A stretch of 64,000 bases of DNA from a virus: positions 1 to 64,000 of IMG/VR virus record IMGVR_UViG_3300027759_003534. One strand, 5' to 3'. Under the pieces are notes generated by a model that ran no database searches, was not told the origin of the DNA, and saw only the letters and a list, made by a program, of their open reading frames with translations. Shown piece by piece: positions 28,721 through 38,025 of the stretch (position 1 is the stretch's first letter; each line of letters begins with the position of its first letter). The translations under genes were made by a program, and so were the position numbers.

Positions 28721-29347
28721 TTAACCTGTAGCTACGTTGTTGACCGTTAACGGAATTGCAGCGCCAACACCAACATCAGCACCGGTGGTGGTCTGCATGG
28801 CATTATCATAGCGGATGGTCATGGCCACTGTCATTGGCTCTGTGCCAGACCCGTAGTTGGCATCGCCATAGTTGACCCCTTGCAAGTAGCAACCCATGAT
28901 GGTCCAGGTTTCTAAGGCAATAGGAGTATTAGCACCATTGCCACCATCTAACACTTCAAATACTGTGGTAAATTTGTAGTCAATGCCTGATGCAGCACTG
29001 CTTTGTTCCATGAAATCTAATTGCTTTTGCAGTTGTTCGCCCACCAAGCGACTTACATTGCCGCCGGCGTCATCACGCAAGTTACAGGTAATATCTTGCC
29101 AACTGTGCTTACCAGCCAAACGAATTGTACTGTTGTATATAGGAAGATCAATATTGTCAAATGTCACATTAGGACGTTGAAAATCCATAACCTGCTTGGT
29201 CAATTCTGTAGTAGGTTGTGTTACGCCCAATCCTAAAAAAGTAACGCGAAAGCGATACTTGAGTTTTGGCATCAGCAGACCTTGTGCCGACGTGCTTTGA
29301 TCGCTGGCTAACGGTACTGTTAGTTTAGTTAATGAAGCTGTTGCCAT
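28721..29347 (-). CDS. 19: Tail tube protein gp19
   Basis: PKLKYRFRV.F, F.RP...F, AGK..W..IT..LRDD, W...GC......YG...Y, ..IRYD; follows the sheath gene. Confidence 0.85.
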   Translation of the reverse strand: MATASLTKLTVPLASDQSTSAQGLLMPKLKYRFRVTFLGLGVTQPTTELTKQVMDFQRPNVTFDNIDLPIYNSTIRLAGKHSWQDITCNLRDDAGGNVSRLVGEQLQKQLDFMEQSSAASGIDYKFTTVFEVLDGGNGANTPIALETWTIMGCYLQGVNYGDANYGSGTEPMTVAMTIRYDNAMQTTTGADVGVGAAIPLTVNNVATG

Positions 29348-29422
29348 TTGTTTATTCTCCTAATATACTTTATTTATGGTGTTTGTGCCAGACAAAAATT
29401 TAGGTATTTGCCTGGCAATTAA

Positions 29423-32400
29423 TTACGCTGCGCCTTGAGCTGCGATGGTTCCTGTGTTCTGAATACGCATTGGTATGTAGATAAACTCCACAGCCTTGAC
29501 TGGTTCAATAGCAATGTCAACATACAGCTCGTTGGCATCAATTGAAGCTGGCGTATTATTGGTCAAATCACAAACAACCAGGTAGTCATACAGACCGCGC
29601 TTGTTAACCAGGTCAATCATGAGTGATGTGATCTGATTGGTAATTGCCGCACGAGTGATTGTATCATTTGGCTCAAACAGGTATTGGTTACCAATGATTT
29701 CCAAACGTCCACGGATAAATGCTACCAAACGTGCCACGTTAATACGATCCAATGCTGTGGCTGTACCTTGTAGGGTATGATTACCAAAGTTGGTAATGCC
29801 TGTACCTGGAATAAATGTAATCGGGTTAACATTGTTTAAGTATAGTACATCACGTAGACCTTGATTTACACCTAGCGGCTGGAATTCACCAGTTTGAGCT
29901 TGTAAATATCCAATTTGTAGTGCATTGTCTACTACACCACGACGTAAGCCAGCAGGTGCAAACCATGGATATGCCACGCTGTCACTGCGGATAATTGTAC
30001 GCAACATCATGTGACTTGGTGCTGTGACTACCACGTTACCTGTTAGATCAGTTGTGGTGCAACTTGGATAGAATGCAGCCGAGTATGCATCCCCTGTAGC
30101 CAAATTACCGTCGGCGGTAGTAAGACCCAGTCCATTGTTGTTAGTGGCCCAGGCAACAATATCTGCTGGATCTAAACGTAGAGGAGTATCAACCACACTG
30201 AACGCGGTGTCGCCACGATCGTTGTTGAGTACCACCATGTTAGGTGCTAACTCTGGATACTGCGGGCAAACAATCAAGTTGTACTGTGCTTGATTTTCAC
30301 GCAGTTGTGTACTGGTGTCAATGGCCACTCTGAGTGCTTGTACAATCAAGGTACGTTGAGCTTGGCGACCCATGTTAGGGCTGCCATCTGCACGATTACC
30401 ACTTGCTGTTAACCAAGTATTGGTTTCACTAGGCAACACTGCTGGTGATGGATAGCTAGTGCTGTTAAAGTAATTGACCTGGAATGATTTAACGTTAAAT
30501 CCAGATCTACGTGTGTTAAACAACAAGATACCTTCTGGATATAGATCCGGATTAGGTGCATCAAGGTCTAGGTAGTTGCTGGTGATCAAAGGTGTTGATC
30601 CTGTGGCAATTGGTGGAATAGGATCTGTGATTGGGTTGGTTGTACCGTTAGGTGCCCAACGTGCATCAGCAAATAACACGCCGTTGGTTGTGATTTGATC
30701 GGCATTGTCAATCTGTACCCATTGATTTTCGCCGTTGACACTTTCCCAACGACTGATCACTGGATAATTTTCTAAATCACTTGTATCGATCCATAAATCG
30801 CCGTAGGCCAATGGACTTTGTGCGTCATCGGTCTGTGTGGTTGGTGCTGTGGCACTGAATATTGGGCCTGCAGCATTGGTCAAAGTTAAATTGTATCCAC
30901 GCACATCACTGGCAACGTTTTGATAACCATACCAGTCACCGTTGTTCTGAATCATGATATCAGCTGTTGTAGCATCACTATAGTACCAGTATGTGCCATC
31001 TGTTGGGTCAATATTTGGCTGACTTGCGGCAGCAGTATAGGTAAATGTTGGTGAGGTGACCCAGTTACTAAGTACCAATCCTGTGACTACACCATTTGCA
31101 TAAAGGTTGCGTATCCCGGTTACCGATGTTGAAAATCCTGCAGCAGTGATTGCATTATATGTGACATTTATCAAATTAATATCACCACCCGTGGCATGTG
31201 TAAAGTAAATTTGTCCAGCATCGTTTATGTTGGCACTGACATTAGGAATATCGGTGGCGCTGACAGCGGCTACAAAATCAGCAGGTGTTGTTCCAGCCAC
31301 AGTAGCTGTGGCATTGGTATAAACTGATGTTCCGGGCTCTGTTGCTTGAATCTGAAATTGAGAGCCAGAAGTAAATGTAGGATTGGCAACTGAACCAGTA
31401 ACAACTGTGGCGCCGGCAGCTAATCTTTCAAGAATCAACAATTCTGCTGTGTTATTGTTGTACGGGTCAATTCGACCATATATGGTTCCAGCTGGGATTG
31501 ACTGGCCACCTGATGTTGGGTCAAGATCGTATATAGCAGTTGCTTGATTGCGAAACACTGGACAGGCCTGCAACACAAATACGCCCAAGGTGCTGTTGTA
31601 GTTCTTAATCTGAATGTTCATGCCTTGATTAGGCGTGTTAGTTTGTTGGAACACACTGCCGGTAGGTTGGGGCTGTGTAGATGTGGAACGCCAATTTGGT
31701 ACTTGGAAACTTGCACCGTAATCGTAGGCTGGAGCAGCATATTGACCGGCTGTGATACCCAATGTTGCCAATGGTGTGCCGCTCACGTTGTTGATAGCAA
31801 TAACGCCTGTGCCTTCTGTACTGCCGTCATTTGTAGCTGAACTATCTGCGTACAAGGTTAATTTTCCACCAATGTTGGCAGCATAAACACCACTAGTGTT
31901 TAATACACTATTGATGCTGGTTACTAGTTGTGTTACAGTGTTGTTAGGACTAGCTAATACTGTAATTGTTGTGTCATTAATAGCAAAACTATTACCCGCA
32001 GTTAAACTAACAGGAGCTAGTGTGCCTTGGATTGTGGGCCAGGATGTTTTCCATTCGTCACTGCCAAGTAGAACCCAAGTGTTATATAAATCTTGGGCTG
32101 TAGCACCATCTTGTAACCATCCTGGTGCTTGATTAACACCGTTAACTGTGGTAGGGCCACCACGCTTGTAGTAAGTTGGATTGAAAGTATTAGTTGCGGT
32201 GACCGCGTAGTTGCCAATACTACCATAACTGTCTAGAGGCACTGTGCTTCCAGTCATTAAAAATGCTGTGTCAGTAATAAAACTAGGTATTTGATTAGTA
32301 AATGCAGATGTGGTTTGATTCCATTCTTTTATACCCCAAGTACTGGTAGTAGTGTCAAACCAGTAAGTGCCGTTGGCAGGTGCGCCAACTGGGCGAGTTA

Positions 32401-32767
32401 AACTGGCTGTAAGGGCAGCCAAGTCAATATCTGCTCGCATCACATAGGCAATGTTGGTTACTCCCAGGGCCGAATATCCAGCCAACAAGCCGTATTCGTT
32501 GAGTTCATATCCGTTAATCGGAGTACCAGCTGTGGTATTGTAAAAGAATGGAACGCCAAATGTACTGAGTAGGTCTCGCTGACTTGTCATCAAATACAGT
32601 TTGTTAGCATTGACTGCCAATGTTCCTGGAGCAATTCCAGTACCTGCGCCAGAGATTTTGTTCTCTGCAGTTGCCAATAAAATAAATGGTACTGAGCTAG
32701 CAGCAGCGGGTGTGTAATTGCTTTGGTCAATTACACTGACTTGTACACCTGGGGAGATTAAGGCCAT
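29423..32767 (-). CDS. 18: Tail sheath protein gp18
   Basis: Starts MALISPGVQV..IDQS. C-terminal WFAPAG.RRG, NPI..., RINV.RL, FEPND..TR, V.I.P.K..EFIYI. Confidence 0.93.
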   Translation of the reverse strand: MALISPGVQVSVIDQSNYTPAAASSVPFILLATAENKISGAGTGIAPGTLAVNANKLYLMTSQRDLLSTFGVPFFYNTTAGTPINGYELNEYGLLAGYSALGVTNIAYVMRADIDLAALTASLTRPVGAPANGTYWFDTTTSTWGIKEWNQTTSAFTNQIPSFITDTAFLMTGSTVPLDSYGSIGNYAVTATNTFNPTYYKRGGPTTVNGVNQAPGWLQDGATAQDLYNTWVLLGSDEWKTSWPTIQGTLAPVSLTAGNSFAINDTTITVLASPNNTVTQLVTSINSVLNTSGVYAANIGGKLTLYADSSATNDGSTEGTGVIAINNVSGTPLATLGITAGQYAAPAYDYGASFQVPNWRSTSTQPQPTGSVFQQTNTPNQGMNIQIKNYNSTLGVFVLQACPVFRNQATAIYDLDPTSGGQSIPAGTIYGRIDPYNNNTAELLILERLAAGATVVTGSVANPTFTSGSQFQIQATEPGTSVYTNATATVAGTTPADFVAAVSATDIPNVSANINDAGQIYFTHATGGDINLINVTYNAITAAGFSTSVTGIRNLYANGVVTGLVLSNWVTSPTFTYTAAASQPNIDPTDGTYWYYSDATTADIMIQNNGDWYGYQNVASDVRGYNLTLTNAAGPIFSATAPTTQTDDAQSPLAYGDLWIDTSDLENYPVISRWESVNGENQWVQIDNADQITTNGVLFADARWAPNGTTNPITDPIPPIATGSTPLITSNYLDLDAPNPDLYPEGILLFNTRRSGFNVKSFQVNYFNSTSYPSPAVLPSETNTWLTASGNRADGSPNMGRQAQRTLIVQALRVAIDTSTQLRENQAQYNLIVCPQYPELAPNMVVLNNDRGDTAFSVVDTPLRLDPADIVAWATNNNGLGLTTADGNLATGDAYSAAFYPSCTTTDLTGNVVVTAPSHMMLRTIIRSDSVAYPWFAPAGLRRGVVDNALQIGYLQAQTGEFQPLGVNQGLRDVLYLNNVNPITFIPGTGITNFGNHTLQGTATALDRINVARLVAFIRGRLEIIGNQYLFEPNDTITRAAITNQITSLMIDLVNKRGLYDYLVVCDLTNNTPASIDANELYVDIAIEPVKAVEFIYIPMRIQNTGTIAAQGAA

Positions 32768-32866
32768 AACTAATTCCTTTTTATTAATTAAAGATATTTA
32801 TCGGTTATGTCAAAAAGAACGGTGTTATGACGGCCTATATGTAGGTCCGCTCAGCTAAATATCCAT

Positions 32867-33214
32867 ATGACCAGGCCTATTTGCCCAGAATGTAAACAAC
32901 GGCCTAGGGCTGTAGCTTATCACAAATATGATCGAATTTATTATCGTAGCATGTGCACCTGGTGTTTGAATAAATCTAAGAAAAAAAAAGCTCCAAAACC
33001 ATTGTGGCAATTAAATGGTTATAAGAAAAAACCCACATGTGATCGATGTGGGTTTAGAGCCAAGTTTGCGGCTCAGCTGTTGGTGTATCATGCAGATGGT
33101 AATTTACACAATACTACTCTTAGAAATTTAAAAACTGTTTGTCAGAACTGTGTGGTGGAAATTGCCAAGACTGATCTGCCTTGGTCTCCAGGAGACCTTG
33201 AACCAGACGTTTAA
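32867..33214 (+). CDS. Zn-finger / HNH-like protein
   Basis: CPEC, CTWC, CDRC and H.DGN..N....NL..VC.NC; TAAATA 5 nt upstream (32856-32861). Confidence 0.7.
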   Translation: MTRPICPECKQRPRAVAYHKYDRIYYRSMCTWCLNKSKKKKAPKPLWQLNGYKKKPTCDRCGFRAKFAAQLLVYHADGNLHNTTLRNLKTVCQNCVVEIAKTDLPWSPGDLEPDV

Positions 33215-33818
33215 CTTGGGCATATAACGGGTCTAGCCCATCTGCATTGTTGTCAATTACAGCATCAAACTCAGTGCCAATCCATGCCCATTCACTAGGG
33301 TGGATTCCTAGATTATTTAAAATTTCTGTAGAAGCATTAGGTTGTGGGTGCTGATTTGCTACTTGTGCTACGCTGAACCACTCAGGTTCCGATCCACGCA
33401 CTACACGAATTACAATACCACCTGCGTTGCGAACTGCTTGGATTTCGTTAGGAAAACGGACGTCGGTAATAACAATATCGTTGTGTGCTCGATTAAGTTT
33501 ATTTTCAAGGCTGGCAATCCAGGTATCGTCGTGCCAGCTTCTACGGGCCACTTCTGTTCCCCACTTTTGTAGCACCAATCTAGGAGTCAAGTCGGGCATG
33601 TTTAACCGATTGGCCCACCATGGATCTACGGTCTCTCTCCAGGCTCTGCTCTCTGTTGTGCGGCCTTCTAGTAGCTCACGATCCCACCCGAACACAGCGG
33701 CTACAGCGTCTTTGAGCGTGGCGGCAAAACTATCTCGTTTAAAGCCGTAAATATTTTGCAGGTAATCGGCGATGGTATCTTTACCTGATCCTTGAAAGCC
33801 AGCAATACCAATAATCAT
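33120..33818 (-). CDS. 1: Deoxynucleoside monophosphate kinase (T4 gp1-like)
   Basis: IIGIAGFQGSGKDT P-loop, SFA..LK, TPR..LQ..GTE..R, VITDVRFPNE, H.SE. Confidence 0.92.
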   Translation of the reverse strand: MIIGIAGFQGSGKDTIADYLQNIYGFKRDSFAATLKDAVAAVFGWDRELLEGRTTESRAWRETVDPWWANRLNMPDLTPRLVLQKWGTEVARRSWHDDTWIASLENKLNRAHNDIVITDVRFPNEIQAVRNAGGIVIRVVRGSEPEWFSVAQVANQHPQPNASTEILNNLGIHPSEWAWIGTEFDAVIDNNADGLDPLYAQVKRLVQGLLETKADQSWQFPPHSSDKQFLNF

Positions 33819-34336
33819 CTAATTTCCTTCACGTTTAAATGTCGTAATGTGGCCTGTAACATGTCAATCTGTCTGCGACAATCTTCAAGGGCATGATGGC
33901 TAGTAGGTGGTTTAGGCAACTCTGGCCACAGGCTGTAGATGGTTCTGGCATCGCGCACATTGTAAAATTGCCAAGGCAAACTTTTGCCGTAGCTCTTGTA
34001 AGCATGTTCAAGTATGTTCATGTCGTAACATATACCATTGGCCCAGATGAATTTGTGTTGCCAGGCTAACTTGTACAGGCTATCCAAGGCTTGGTCAAGG
34101 TCTACCCGACCTTCTTCCATAAATGCCTCAGCTTGTGCTTCTGGTTGGGTGGCCCACCAATCTATAGTGTCTTGTTGTATAGTACGGTTTTCTTGGCTCT
34201 CTAAGGTAATGCGGGCATAGTATTGGCGATCATAGTGGCCGGTACCAAATGGATCAAAGCTTTGGGCTGCAATGGTTAAAATGGTTGCGTCAGGACCAGT
34301 TCCTAAACCTTCTATGTCAATCATTAATGAGCTCAT
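33815..34336 (-). CDS. 3'-5' exonuclease (DEDDh; DexA/Rv2179c-like)
   Basis: LMIDIEGL, WANG..YD..IL, RD.RT, HHALEDC..Q. Confidence 0.85.
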   Translation of the reverse strand: MSSLMIDIEGLGTGPDATILTIAAQSFDPFGTGHYDRQYYARITLESQENRTIQQDTIDWWATQPEAQAEAFMEEGRVDLDQALDSLYKLAWQHKFIWANGICYDMNILEHAYKSYGKSLPWQFYNVRDARTIYSLWPELPKPPTSHHALEDCRRQIDMLQATLRHLNVKEIR

Positions 34337-34342
34337 GCTAAG

Positions 34343-34371
34343 AGTATAGCATGATTTTAAGAGTAAGTCTA
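34343..34371 (-). promoter_or_regulatory. sigma70-type promoter (extended -10) for the exonuclease, leaderless
   Basis: TAGACT-N17-TATACT with TGn extension, 6 nt before ATG 34336. Confidence 0.7.
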
Positions 34372-34378
34372 GAGGGCG

Positions 34379-35149
34379 TTAGCCAATTACCCAGCTAAGT
34401 GGTTGTGAACCATCCACATAATTCTTGAGTTCTTCAATTAATTTGTCCATACTTGCTTGTGCTTCGGCTTTCATGGCTGTGCCATTAAGTGATGATCCAC
34501 CCTGTGGTCCAGCCAGAGTGGCAAATTTTTCACGTGCTTCGCCAATGATTAATTTGCAGTTGGCGGTCATGTAGTCACGGATCCATTGAACAATTTGGAA
34601 ATCGCTTAGGAGATTAAATTCGGGTTTGAGATTGTAGCACCAGAGCAACACCGCTTCGCCTGTGCCTTTGGGATCACGGATTAGTTGTAGCTTTTTAGTT
34701 ACCGGATTCCAAGTATAATTCATATAAGCACCAAACATACGTCCGGCCAATTCTACATACTGACTGTAGAAGTCATAGGTAGCAAGACCGCCAGCCACGT
34801 TGAAATTCATTAGGTACACGTTCATACTTGCTTGACTGAATGGATCAAAATTTGACGCAAACGGGCCGGTTGAATCGCCGAATGTTCTACGGAAAATCTG
34901 TCTAACTGATTGTACTTCTTGTGGCAGGTCGTAGATATTAACGTTGGTTACCAACTCCATGAAGATATAACTTTCTTCATAGGCGTTTTGTGCTCGCTGG
35001 CGATACACACCAATAGTACGTTGATAGGCCGCTTCGTAGTGTTCAGCATCCAACTCAATGTCAATGATTTGATCGCCTAGTTGTAGACGTACATAATCGA
35101 TGAGATTTTGTTTTAATGTATCTAAGCTGGATTGATTTTCTAAGGCCAT
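34379..35149 (-). CDS. 13: Neck protein gp13
   Basis: IDYV...LG...IDIEL, Y.LP.EV..V, W.Y..ATCK-like (MTANCK) segment, GE.R.KF...AGPQGG..LNG. Confidence 0.88.
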   Translation of the reverse strand: MALENQSSLDTLKQNLIDYVRLQLGDQIIDIELDAEHYEAAYQRTIGVYRQRAQNAYEESYIFMELVTNVNIYDLPQEVQSVRQIFRRTFGDSTGPFASNFDPFSQASMNVYLMNFNVAGGLATYDFYSQYVELAGRMFGAYMNYTWNPVTKKLQLIRDPKGTGEAVLLWCYNLKPEFNLLSDFQIVQWIRDYMTANCKLIIGEAREKFATLAGPQGGSSLNGTAMKAEAQASMDKLIEELKNYVDGSQPLSWVIG

Positions 35150-35183
35150 GTAAGGAAGCTCCGTGTTCCCTGTATTTAGCTGT

Positions 35184-36329
35184 TTACCAAGCCCACAGTA
35201 TGATCATGTTGTCGTTGCCACGACCATTAAATTTAGTTTCTGTAGCTTTGATTTCACCAAATGCCTTGCGAGCCGCTGGTTTTCCACCGCCAGTAACTGC
35301 TTTGATTTGTTCAGCTGGTTTACGCAGTGTTTTTTGGACTGTAGCTAGTGTGTCAAATCCTGCAATAGCACTACCTTTAATTGTAAAGGTCCCAATGTGG
35401 CTATCTGCCATGACATGAATCAATCGACGTTTGGCCGTGTCATATAACCATGCTTCACTTGCATTTACTAATTTAGTAACTGGCTCTGATTTAAGACCAA
35501 GTTCTTCAAACTCTCGTAAAAACTTGAATTTGCGTGTGAGTTTTTCTGGGCTTACAGCTTTCTTGGCACGTGGTTTGCGTTCTACTTTCTTCAGTTGCAC
35601 ATAACTGCTGCAGTCATTGATCACTGTTTCGCAAAATTTGACACAATTACGAAGTTGTATTTTTGTAAGGTGACTGTAGCCTTCTACTAGGTCAGCATCC
35701 TCACCTGCCAACACTTCTGTAAACTCTGCTAGCCGTAGTTGCCAAACAGCTGATACGGTTCCTGTCATGTTGGGACTGATATTCATGCCACGCATGAGTT
35801 TGATTGGGCTAAAATCTGCACTCATCTTTGCGCCAGCTACTATAAAATCATCAAACATACCTTCAAGTTCGCCACAGCACTCTGATACTTTTTCACGCAG
35901 GTGATCTTGGATTGTGAGTCGGGCTACAGCCGTGTCGGCATCTACTTCACTTTGTTCGCGTTTCTTTTCTTGCTTGACTCGAAGCATCTGACTAATTTGC
36001 TCATCAACAATGCTCTGTTCGTGTTCGTTAAGCACAAGACCTAACAATGTCATTCGACATACCCATGCTGGTGTAAGACGAATCTGGCTGTCCGGAATAC
36101 CACGCATGGTCTTGGCATCTTTGGATCGAGTGTTGTGCTCTAAATAATGACACAGCATATCCTTGGCATCTTTTTTGCCATAGTGATAGTTGTACCACTG
36201 AAACGCATTAGCAAAACTGCTGATGCGATTTTCTTCAGTGGGTTGAAAGTTCCACTCAGGTTCGTGCCCTACATATTTGGTTTCAGCACCCTTGGGGTTT
36301 AGTCTTTTGATTTCGTTTGATTTAGCCAT
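35184..36329 (-). CDS. Conserved hypothetical protein
   Basis: Probable start ATG 36329 (MAKSNEIK), 7 nt after a TTGACC-N17-TACAAT promoter; 381 aa; no recognisable motif. Confidence 0.65.
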   Translation of the reverse strand: MAKSNEIKRLNPKGAETKYVGHEPEWNFQPTEENRISSFANAFQWYNYHYGKKDAKDMLCHYLEHNTRSKDAKTMRGIPDSQIRLTPAWVCRMTLLGLVLNEHEQSIVDEQISQMLRVKQEKKREQSEVDADTAVARLTIQDHLREKVSECCGELEGMFDDFIVAGAKMSADFSPIKLMRGMNISPNMTGTVSAVWQLRLAEFTEVLAGEDADLVEGYSHLTKIQLRNCVKFCETVINDCSSYVQLKKVERKPRAKKAVSPEKLTRKFKFLREFEELGLKSEPVTKLVNASEAWLYDTAKRRLIHVMADSHIGTFTIKGSAIAGFDTLATVQKTLRKPAEQIKAVTGGGKPAARKAFGEIKATETKFNGRGNDNMIILWAW

Positions 36330-36336
36330 AGTGTTT

Positions 36337-36365
36337 ATTGTATAGTAAAGTTTGAGTAAGGTCAA
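36337..36365 (-). promoter_or_regulatory. sigma70-type promoter, leaderless
   Basis: TTGACC (36360-36365)-N17-TACAAT (36337-36342). Confidence 0.72.
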
Positions 36366-36613
36366 CCAAGCAGGTTGGCCAAGGTTATGTGTTGTTCTAA
36401 ATTGGTCAGCAGATCGGCTACTTGTTTTACCAGCTCACGATAGCGTGGTGTTTCTTTATGCAATCTACGACATTCTACGCTTTCCATGTCAGCAGCTACA
36501 ATGGCTTGATCCACTGCCCTGGTCATTTTGAGCAGGTCGCGGCGAGCTACCTTGTTTTTAACCTGGGCTATGTGCTTTTCAGCCCGATCTAGTCTTTGAA
36601 ATAACTCGTCCAT
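36362..36613 (-). CDS. Small helical hypothetical protein
   Basis: 83 aa, ATG 6 nt after a consensus sigma70 -10. Confidence 0.6.
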   Translation of the reverse strand: MDELFQRLDRAEKHIAQVKNKVARRDLLKMTRAVDQAIVAADMESVECRRLHKETPRYRELVKQVADLLTNLEQHITLANLLG

Positions 36614-36619
36614 TTTGTA

Positions 36620-36663
36620 ATTATACTGGCTTTTGAATTTGTAGTCAATCTAACCGCTAAATA
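36620..36663. promoter_or_regulatory. Back-to-back promoters: sigma70 (minus strand) and late-type TAAATA (plus strand)
   Basis: Minus: TTGACT (36643-36648)-N17-TATAAT (36620-36625). Plus: GCTAAATA with TAAATA at 36658-36663. Confidence 0.78.
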
Positions 36664-36664
36664 C

Positions 36665-38023
36665 ATGACTATGCCAAGACTTTCCATGTGGCGTCCTAAT
36701 AGGACGAATGATTATCAGTTTTTAGACCGCACAATCTCCGAACAATACACTGTTGGAGGGCTTGACCTCTATATACACAAATACCTCGGGCCACAGGGCG
36801 CAGGTACAGACAATGGCAACAATGATGCCACTATACCAAATTATAATTCGACCAATCCTTTGTTTATTGAGGATTTGTTGCTGTTAGAAAATCGTGATAG
36901 AGTGTATGCCCCTGATGTGTTTGTCATGCGTGGTGTGTATCGCACACAAGACGTAGATTTTGATCTAACACAATTTGGTTTGTTTTTAAACAACGATACC
37001 TTGTTTATTACCTTTCACTATAATGACATGATTGACACGTTTGGGCGCAAGCTCATGAGTGGTGATGTAATTGAAGTGCCAAATTTAGCAGACTACCATC
37101 CCTTGGACAATACCTTGGTCAAAAGCCTGCCCCGTTATTATGTGATCCAGGATGCCAACTTTGCATCAGAAGGATTCAGTGTTACTTGGTTGCCACACCT
37201 GTGGCGAGTCAAGGCTACTCCAATGGTCAATGCTCAAGAGTACAGCCAGATTATCAATCAACCGTTTATGCCGGAGAATATCTGGGACAATGGAAATTTT
37301 TATCCAGCTGGTACCATTGTCAACTATGGCAACACCTATTACCAGGCCTCACAAAATGTACCGGCAGGAACTGATATTACTGATACTGCCTATTGGACTG
37401 TAATTACCAATCCCAACACAGTGGGTGACAAACAAAGCACAAGGCCCAAAGATTTGGCCATCAACGATGCTATACTTACTCAGGCCTATCATGATGTGCC
37501 ACTGTCGGGCTATGACAATGTTAAATTTTATATCTTGCCCACTGGACCCAACGGTGAGCCAGGGCCGGCTGGTCTTACTGCTGATGACACATTCCCCACA
37601 GTAGACACTACTGAATCGGGCGATGGTATCACTCCCAAAGGATTTGGCTATGTTCAAGGTTACTTGACTGGGTCTACTCATGCTCCTAACGGCTTACCAG
37701 TCACACCCGGAGTGGCATTTCCGCCAAATCCAGTGTTGGGCAACTACTGTTTAAGACTAGATTATTTCCCTAATCGCCTGTTCCGTTACAACGGCCGGGC
37801 CTGGTTGGCCATCACAGACAATGTACGCACTGACCTTGACTATGCAACTGAGTCACTGACACAACGATCCAGTTTTGTAAACAATACCTACACAGTACCT
37901 ACCACAGACATTGGCAATATTCCAAGTCGTCAGAGTCTCAGTCAGATACTTGAAATACAACCCGACAACGGTGACCAAGGTGGCAATATTACACCACCTA
38001 ATCCAAGACCTCCAGGGAGATAA
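36665..38023 (+). CDS. 14: Neck protein gp14-like with C-terminal extension
   Basis: DLLLLENRDR.Y, FDL.QFGLF, F.YNDM, GDVIE.P.L; adjacent to gp15. Confidence 0.75.
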   Translation: MTMPRLSMWRPNRTNDYQFLDRTISEQYTVGGLDLYIHKYLGPQGAGTDNGNNDATIPNYNSTNPLFIEDLLLLENRDRVYAPDVFVMRGVYRTQDVDFDLTQFGLFLNNDTLFITFHYNDMIDTFGRKLMSGDVIEVPNLADYHPLDNTLVKSLPRYYVIQDANFASEGFSVTWLPHLWRVKATPMVNAQEYSQIINQPFMPENIWDNGNFYPAGTIVNYGNTYYQASQNVPAGTDITDTAYWTVITNPNTVGDKQSTRPKDLAINDAILTQAYHDVPLSGYDNVKFYILPTGPNGEPGPAGLTADDTFPTVDTTESGDGITPKGFGYVQGYLTGSTHAPNGLPVTPGVAFPPNPVLGNYCLRLDYFPNRLFRYNGRAWLAITDNVRTDLDYATESLTQRSSFVNNTYTVPTTDIGNIPSRQSLSQILEIQPDNGDQGGNITPPNPRPPGR

Positions 38024-38025
38024 TC

